A stretch of DNA of 64,000 bases from the IMG/VR virus record IMGVR_UViG_3300021387_001157, positions 1 to 64,000 of that record; one strand, given 5' to 3'. The notes under the pieces are model-generated. The model was not told the origin of the DNA. It was given only the letters and a program-made list of their open reading frames with translations, and did no database searches. Below are positions 61,001 through 64,000 of the stretch, piece after piece. Within the stretch, counting starts at the first letter, position 1. Each line of letters opens with the position of its first letter. Position numbers and translations under genes: made by a program. The DNA is from a virus (lineage: Duplodnaviria; Caudoviricetes).

Positions 61001-63555
61001 TGAGTTTTAGTGGCATATCCGAGTAACTCTCAGTTCCGTCGGTCACATATTCGTAGAATACCACCTCGATACAGTCGTCGTCTTCGTAGTAGACTTCCTC
61101 CGCTTCACGGAAAAGCTTCAGAAAGTCATCGGTGATTCCGAGCATCATATACTCTACCATTGGTCTTTTTATGAAGTGCATCATCTCTTTTAATACTTTC
61201 TTTGCCTCCTTTCGTCCGGTGGCGATGTAGATTCTCCCGAATGACGAGTCGGTTCTCTCGATTTTGGTCTCGATGTAGTAGCGGTCAGAGGAATCCTTCT
61301 CGATGGAGACAATGGTGTTTTCCTCACCATACCCGTTGAACATATGCACACTTGCTATTGTGGTAGTTTGTGCATTGGACATCAGAGTGGTGACGATTAG
61401 CAGAATTAGTGTTATGATATACTTTTTCATTTTTTTCGAAATTGATGTTTTTTGGTTTTGGTTTGTGGGGAGCGGTCTATGCCGCCCCCCCCAACAAACA
61501 CTTAGTACTTAAAGGTTAAAAAAACATTTTATATTATGGGAGGGGTGGTGGTTGTTTTGGTACCACCCCATACCCATTTGATGAAAGAAGATTACATCAC
61601 AATGACGGTGATTCCGATGAAAGTTGGTTGTTTCGATGAGATGTATTCATCGATAAAATCTTCGGCTTCCTCCTTCTCGGTGAAGATGTAATGTACGTCA
61701 CTGATGTTCATCGGGTCGGTTGTTGTTGAATCGACCAAGATGTGTTCTCCGTCTGGAGAGGCAACGATAAGAGATGGGATTACCGAGATTTCGTTGTCGT
61801 CATTGATGACCGGTGTCCAAACGACGGGGAGTCCGAGTTCATCAAGTGATGTGTCAGTAGTATTGGATACGGCTATTGTAAGTGAGGCAACCAACGGGGA
61901 GACTATTCTTTCCATGATTGCACGTGCAGTTTCTGTGTCGAAGTGTTTCTGTGTGTTGATTCTCATAGTTGTTATTTTTTTAATGTTTATATTTGTTTCT
62001 TTTTAAAAGATACTATTTATTTTTAAAAGATTAGAAAGAATTTTGTTTTCTTTGTAAATTGTTTCTTTCTTTTTTCAGTCTGTGAATGTCTTTGCAGGCA
62101 TCTGTGTAACTCAGTTTTGCCTCTTCAAGGTCTGATATGTAGTCTCCTATTGTTATAGGTTCATATGGGTCTGGGTAGAATGTCTGAATACTATGTTTGG
62201 AGAGTTCAATTATTCTCATCCAGTATGAGGCAGCCTCCCTCCTCATAAAGAGTCTTCTTTCGATAGACCTTATCTCTTCTTTTATTTGTTCTTTTGTTTT
62301 CATGCATTTCCAGACACGCCTTTGGCGGTGAGTATGATTTGTGGTTTTTCGAAAGACACCGTGCCACAGAAGTAGTCGAGTTCCTTCATAGTGGTTTGGT
62401 CGATGTCGATTTCTACAACAGACAGTCGGAATTCTATCCTGTCACGGTTGATGTTCATATTACCTATACGTTGGATTCCAAGAGGAGGGTATATTTTACC
62501 GTCACTCATCTTGATTGGTTGTTCGTTTATGATTTTGTTGATTTGTTCAAGGGCGTTCTCTCTGCTTCCACACTCACGTGCTTGACGGAGACTCTTGGTC
62601 ATCCAGTATCCACATGCCCATTCGAGAAGACCTGTTTCGGATTCAACATTCTTCATATCGGCTATGAAAGCACGGATGAAGTATTTCTTGTTGGGTTTGA
62701 TGTCTTTCATTGTATTTCCTTTTATTTCTGATTCAAACTTTTATAATATTCATAATATGTGTCAATCCATCCGGTTTCCAATTCATTTAATATCTGCTAT
62801 GGGAGAGAAAACACGAAGTATGTTCCGTACACACAAAAGATACATAAGAATATGAGCAACATCAGATTGACATCGATTTGTCCGAATGCAGTGTTGATAA
62901 GAATCCCGAGATAGATTCCGTCGATGGTTATCATCAAGATGTACAGCACAACTTGTATGAATTCTGGGATTTTGACCTTGTTTTTCATTTTCATTCTTTT
63001 TTTCGAAAGAGGGTGGGGTCTCCACCCTCTTCTTTTGTAAAACCTTTATTACATTTTGGCGATGATACGTGCCAGCAATTTGATAACCATCAAAACTTCG
63101 ATGTCAATTTCAATTTCGTCTTCATCTTCATCCTTATCTTCATCTTCAAAGATGTCATCGATGCTGGGAAGATAAACGACTCGTTTACATCTAGCAACGT
63201 CACTGATTTCATCCTCATCACTATATTCGGGAATGAGGTTTTTCTCTAAGAGAAAATATGCAGCCTCGCTGAACTCGGTGAAGATATAGGGAACTTCCTC
63301 AATGGGGGTCGGGTTTGTGTTCGGAGAACAAACCAAGATGTTTTTTCGGTCGTCAGTAAGGACCAATATTGAGGAAATAATTTTGGCATCACCATTTCGG
63401 TTTACAACAGGTGTCCAAACGAAGGGGACTCCAATTTCGTTTCCGATTTTGTATAATGATTCACCAGTTTCACGTTGGATGGACATCATATTGTTAGCCC
63501 TGTATGTATCCAATGTGTAAAACTCTAATTCTCTGTTGTTTTCTGTGAGTCTCAT
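58062..63555 (-). other. Run of small early-type hypothetical genes, several membrane-bound (58062-58301, 58279-58809, 59034-~59330, 59330-59731, 59733-60197, 60194-60607, 60617-60961, 60975-61430 signal peptide, 61592-61966, 62031-62303, 62300-62710, 62797-62994, 63049-63555)
   Basis: Co-oriented ORFs with overlapping start/stop codons; host-type promoter motifs at 62005-62018 and 63615-63628. Confidence 0.65.
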
Positions 63556-64000
63556 AATTGTTGTTTATTTAATTGTTATTAATTGTTGTTTGTTCTTTAT
63601 CTTTTTGTTTCTGATGCAAAGATACAACTTTTTTTTGAATTACCAAACTTTTTTTCAAATTTTTTTTCATTTTTTTCGTAACTGCTTTATTTAGTGTAAT
63701 TTAAAAATGAAATTTTTTTCAACCACTACAAAAAAAGTCCTGTAAAATTAGATTTTTTATCTCCGATTTCAGAAAATTGACCACTTTTTGAAACCATAGA
63801 AAAACAGAAAAACACACAACATACTATTTTATAAGTAGTTATGTGTTTCTCCTTTTCAAATATCAACTATTTTCGAAAATCTTCGATTTATTTTTGATTG
63901 TATGAAACTGAGGTATTCAGTCTGAACAATGAAGTCAGTAGAACACTAAGTCCCCAGCTTTGGATGTATGTAATCTGAGGAAGACTGAAGATGGCGGGCA

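Larger units (their letters stand above)
18323..63628 (-). promoter_or_regulatory. Early/host-type promoter motif AAATAGTATCTTT at ~18323, 43648, 45222, 46740, 47501, 53147, 56359, 62005; variant GTTGTATCTTTGCA at 63615
   Basis: Recurs upstream of minus-strand gene runs; matches Bacteroidota -7 element TAnnTTTG. Confidence 0.7.

Noticed and set aside
1-64000. TAG recoding as in Lak-type phages
   Set aside because: Long ORFs are intact in code 11, and several genes end at TAG next to terminators or downstream starts (e.g. 21571, 10613)

Overview
A 64-kb segment of an AT-rich jumbo-phage-like genome, read in the standard code. The host is probably a Bacteroidota: there are TAnnTTT(G)-type promoters, A-rich leaders without obvious Shine-Dalgarno sites and Bacteroidota-phage-style tail fibre repeats. 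Left part (1-13 kb): ClpP, a large putative virion protein, PhoH, peptidoglycan enzymes and UvsY. 13-18 kb: an NAD+ operon (pncA, NAMPT-fold phosphoribosyltransferase, inserted homing-type endonuclease, nadE, short Prs/Adps-like gene) preceded by a structured RNA leader. 19-39 kb: a tail-fibre cluster containing two recently duplicated BspA-type LRR genes. 39-53 kb: glycosyltransferases, a DUF2828/TROVE-like vWA protein, SmpB, nucleotidyltransferases, a Dda-like helicase, a NadM-like adenylyltransferase and a phosphatase. 53-64 kb: small early-type genes and CoaD flanking a 1.2-kb repeat-rich non-coding region where C/G skew changes (candidate origin). The strongest candidate for an undescribed system is a deamidated NAD+-reconstitution pathway (nicotinamide -> nicotinate -> NaAD -> NAD+), possibly using ADP-ribose and possibly controlled by a riboswitch-like leader. 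All family calls come from motif recognition by eye; no searches were run.
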